A DNA stretch of 38,919 nt from Nemertoderma westbladi (lineage: Eukaryota > Animalia > Xenacoelomorpha). The DNA is taken from NCBI GenBank assembly GCA_032718475.1, contig JAUCBJ010001822.1:1-38919 (forward strand), written 5' to 3'. The translations under genes were made by a program, and so were the position numbers. Below the pieces are notes generated by a model that ran no database searches, was not told the origin of the DNA, and was given only the letters and a program-made list of their open reading frames with translations. Shown in pieces: positions 37,212 through 38,919 of the stretch. The number at the start of each line of letters is the position of its first letter. Positions within the stretch are counted from its first letter, which is position 1.

Positions 37212-37868
37212 ATGGATGATATACTTCAGGAATCGAATTCCAATTCAGAATCGACAGCGTCTGATTTCATTCTCCCATCATGTTCGACTGGATCGGATAG
37301 CGTATTCGAATCGGACACCGATACGAGCACAGCTCGAACTAAACGTTCACGGAAAGAATTGCTATTCAAGCATCTTTTTAAGGAGCAGGCATTTGATAGC
37401 ATATTATTTTGGGTTATTGATTATACATTGTTTGAATCTTTGATTAACCGGCCTGGATATATACAGTTAGATCGTAAGAATTTACTATCAAATAACAAAT
37501 ACAGAAAAAATAAAGCCGTTTCGATATACAGCTTTAGTGAAATAAAACAATTTGTTAATTGGTTAACGGCAGATTCGAGATGGGAAAGTTTGCGAGCAAT
37601 TTATATTACAAATCAACTTCAGTATGAATTTTTTTCAATAAGTTATGATTCTGAAAATCAATTCAGTTCGGTCAAAAAGAAGATCGACATCGATCGCGAA
37701 TATGAAAAAATCAAAGCTGCCTGGGGAATGACTATCTATTTTGGCGAAAATATCCATGATCCAAGAAACCGAATGATCATACAAACATCAAAGAATAATA
37801 TCATTCATCTGTTTAGGACTATTCAGAAATTCAAAAGAATTAATGGATCTACAAAGATAACTATCAGC
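37212..37868 (+). CDS. First coding exon of an uncharacterised (orphan) protein, paralog B
   Basis: 219 codons from ATG to the same AGC|GTAAGT donor as paralog A. Homology spans ~37138-37937 vs ~12169-12967. If unspliced, the ORF runs to 38030. Confidence 0.65.
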
Positions 37869-38323
37869 GTAAGTTTTATCTTATTTACTTCCATAATAGG
37901 AGATTATGAGACTAGAGAGTTCCGCATCCCTCTACATTTTGTAGTAACTACAATGTATAGTATACTCTTGAATAAGAATGTACAGTATGTTACTGTTACG
38001 GTAGAATTTGTTTTGTTATATTTTATGTAAGAGGCTTATTGTTGTTGGGGAAGTGTTCGAATTTAATTGTTCTCTTGTCGTCTATTAATCTTGTTAGGTT
38101 TCTGCTTCAGGTTCAGCTTTGTAAGTGCTAGTATCAGTTTGAATATTTAGTACGTGCTTATCATAACCAAAATAATTATTGAAAGTATAAAAGCCCCAGA
38201 TATTCTAACAAAGTAACTTAACGAAAACTCCTCTTTTGGTGAACTTATACAAAGAGTAACTGAGCAGTTTGCATACCCCAAGCCAGGCTGATCGCTTTTC
38301 ACTGAGGCAAAACTAGCGTATGG

Positions 38324-38905
38324 GGCGCCGTAGGCTTCAAAAATATGAAAATTTCGGCGACTGGTTTAGATTCTCGGCGACTGGTTTAGATACTCGGCGA
38401 CTGGTTTAGATTCTCGGCGACTGGTTTAGATACTCGGCGACTGGTTTAGATACTCGGCGACTGGTTTAGATTCTCGGCGACTGGTTTAGATTCTCGGCGA
38501 TTTTGATTTCAGCCAAAATTTTTAATCGAAATCTAAGGCGAAATCTTGGCCGATATCTAAGCCGAAATAAGGCCATATAAATCATATAAGCCATATAATG
38601 AGGTTCTTTATATTGCATAAGTGGTTGATTTCTGAGTTGAACAAATTATTTAAGTTCATCATCTAAGCGCTTAGTGTACTGTAGCTGTAGGGTCGATGCG
38701 ATACGGTCTATGGTCTGCGGTGCCGTAATGTTACTACTAAACTAGTAACAGAGAAACACAGACTGACAACAAAGCACAAACTGCAGCAGTAGCACTCCCT
38801 AGCAGCAGCAGCAGTAGGTGTCGGAGCAGTTAGTTATTGGCCGAAATCTAAGCCGAAATCTAAACCAGTCACCGACATTTTCATATTTTTGATTCCCACG
38901 GCGCG
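38324..38905. mobile_element. MITE-like element with ~47-bp inverted ends and a subterminal tandem array
   Basis: gcgccgtaggcttcaaaaatatgaaaatttcggcgactggtttaga is mirrored by tctaaaccagtcaccgacattttcatatttttgattcccacggcgc. The true termini may extend a little further or beyond the window. Confidence 0.65.
38354..38500. repeat. 20-bp tandem repeat, ~7 copies
   Basis: tcggcgactggtttagat[t/a]c repeated head to tail without spacers. Confidence 0.95.
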
Positions 38906-38919
38906 TATTTTTAGTGGGG

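Noticed and set aside
38354-38500. CRISPR-like regular repeats (also 35719-36025)
   Set aside because: Head-to-tail tandem units with no unique spacers, no cas genes, and a eukaryotic context.

Overview
AT-rich, intron-containing, transposon-dense eukaryotic DNA, most likely from an invertebrate animal; no prokaryotic operons, rRNA, tRNA or CRISPR were seen. Host genes: (i) a minus-strand spliced gene for a class C GPCR (mGluR-like) Venus-flytrap ectodomain, with phase-compatible exons 27066-26906 and 25753-24865 and a tentative exon near 34672-34724. It stops after a truncated cysteine-rich stub in a hydrophobic, GPI-signal-like tail, and no 7TM domain is visible. (ii) Two paralogous orphan first exons (12245-12898, 37212-37868) whose differences are mostly amino-acid replacements clustered in patches. 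(iii) An orphan ORF at 22003-22500. The rest is layered mobile DNA: a P/Galileo-like foldback element with a 7-bp TSD carrying CRE-like and BEL/Pao fragments; decayed BEL/Pao, hAT and Kolobok-like elements abutting one another; a full-length but decayed Mag-like Ty3/Gypsy element (5-bp TSD) inserted in an intronic minisatellite and hit twice by the same RTE-like LINE; several MITEs (TTAA- and TA-flanked); and minisatellites. All family calls come from manual motif recognition, not database searches.
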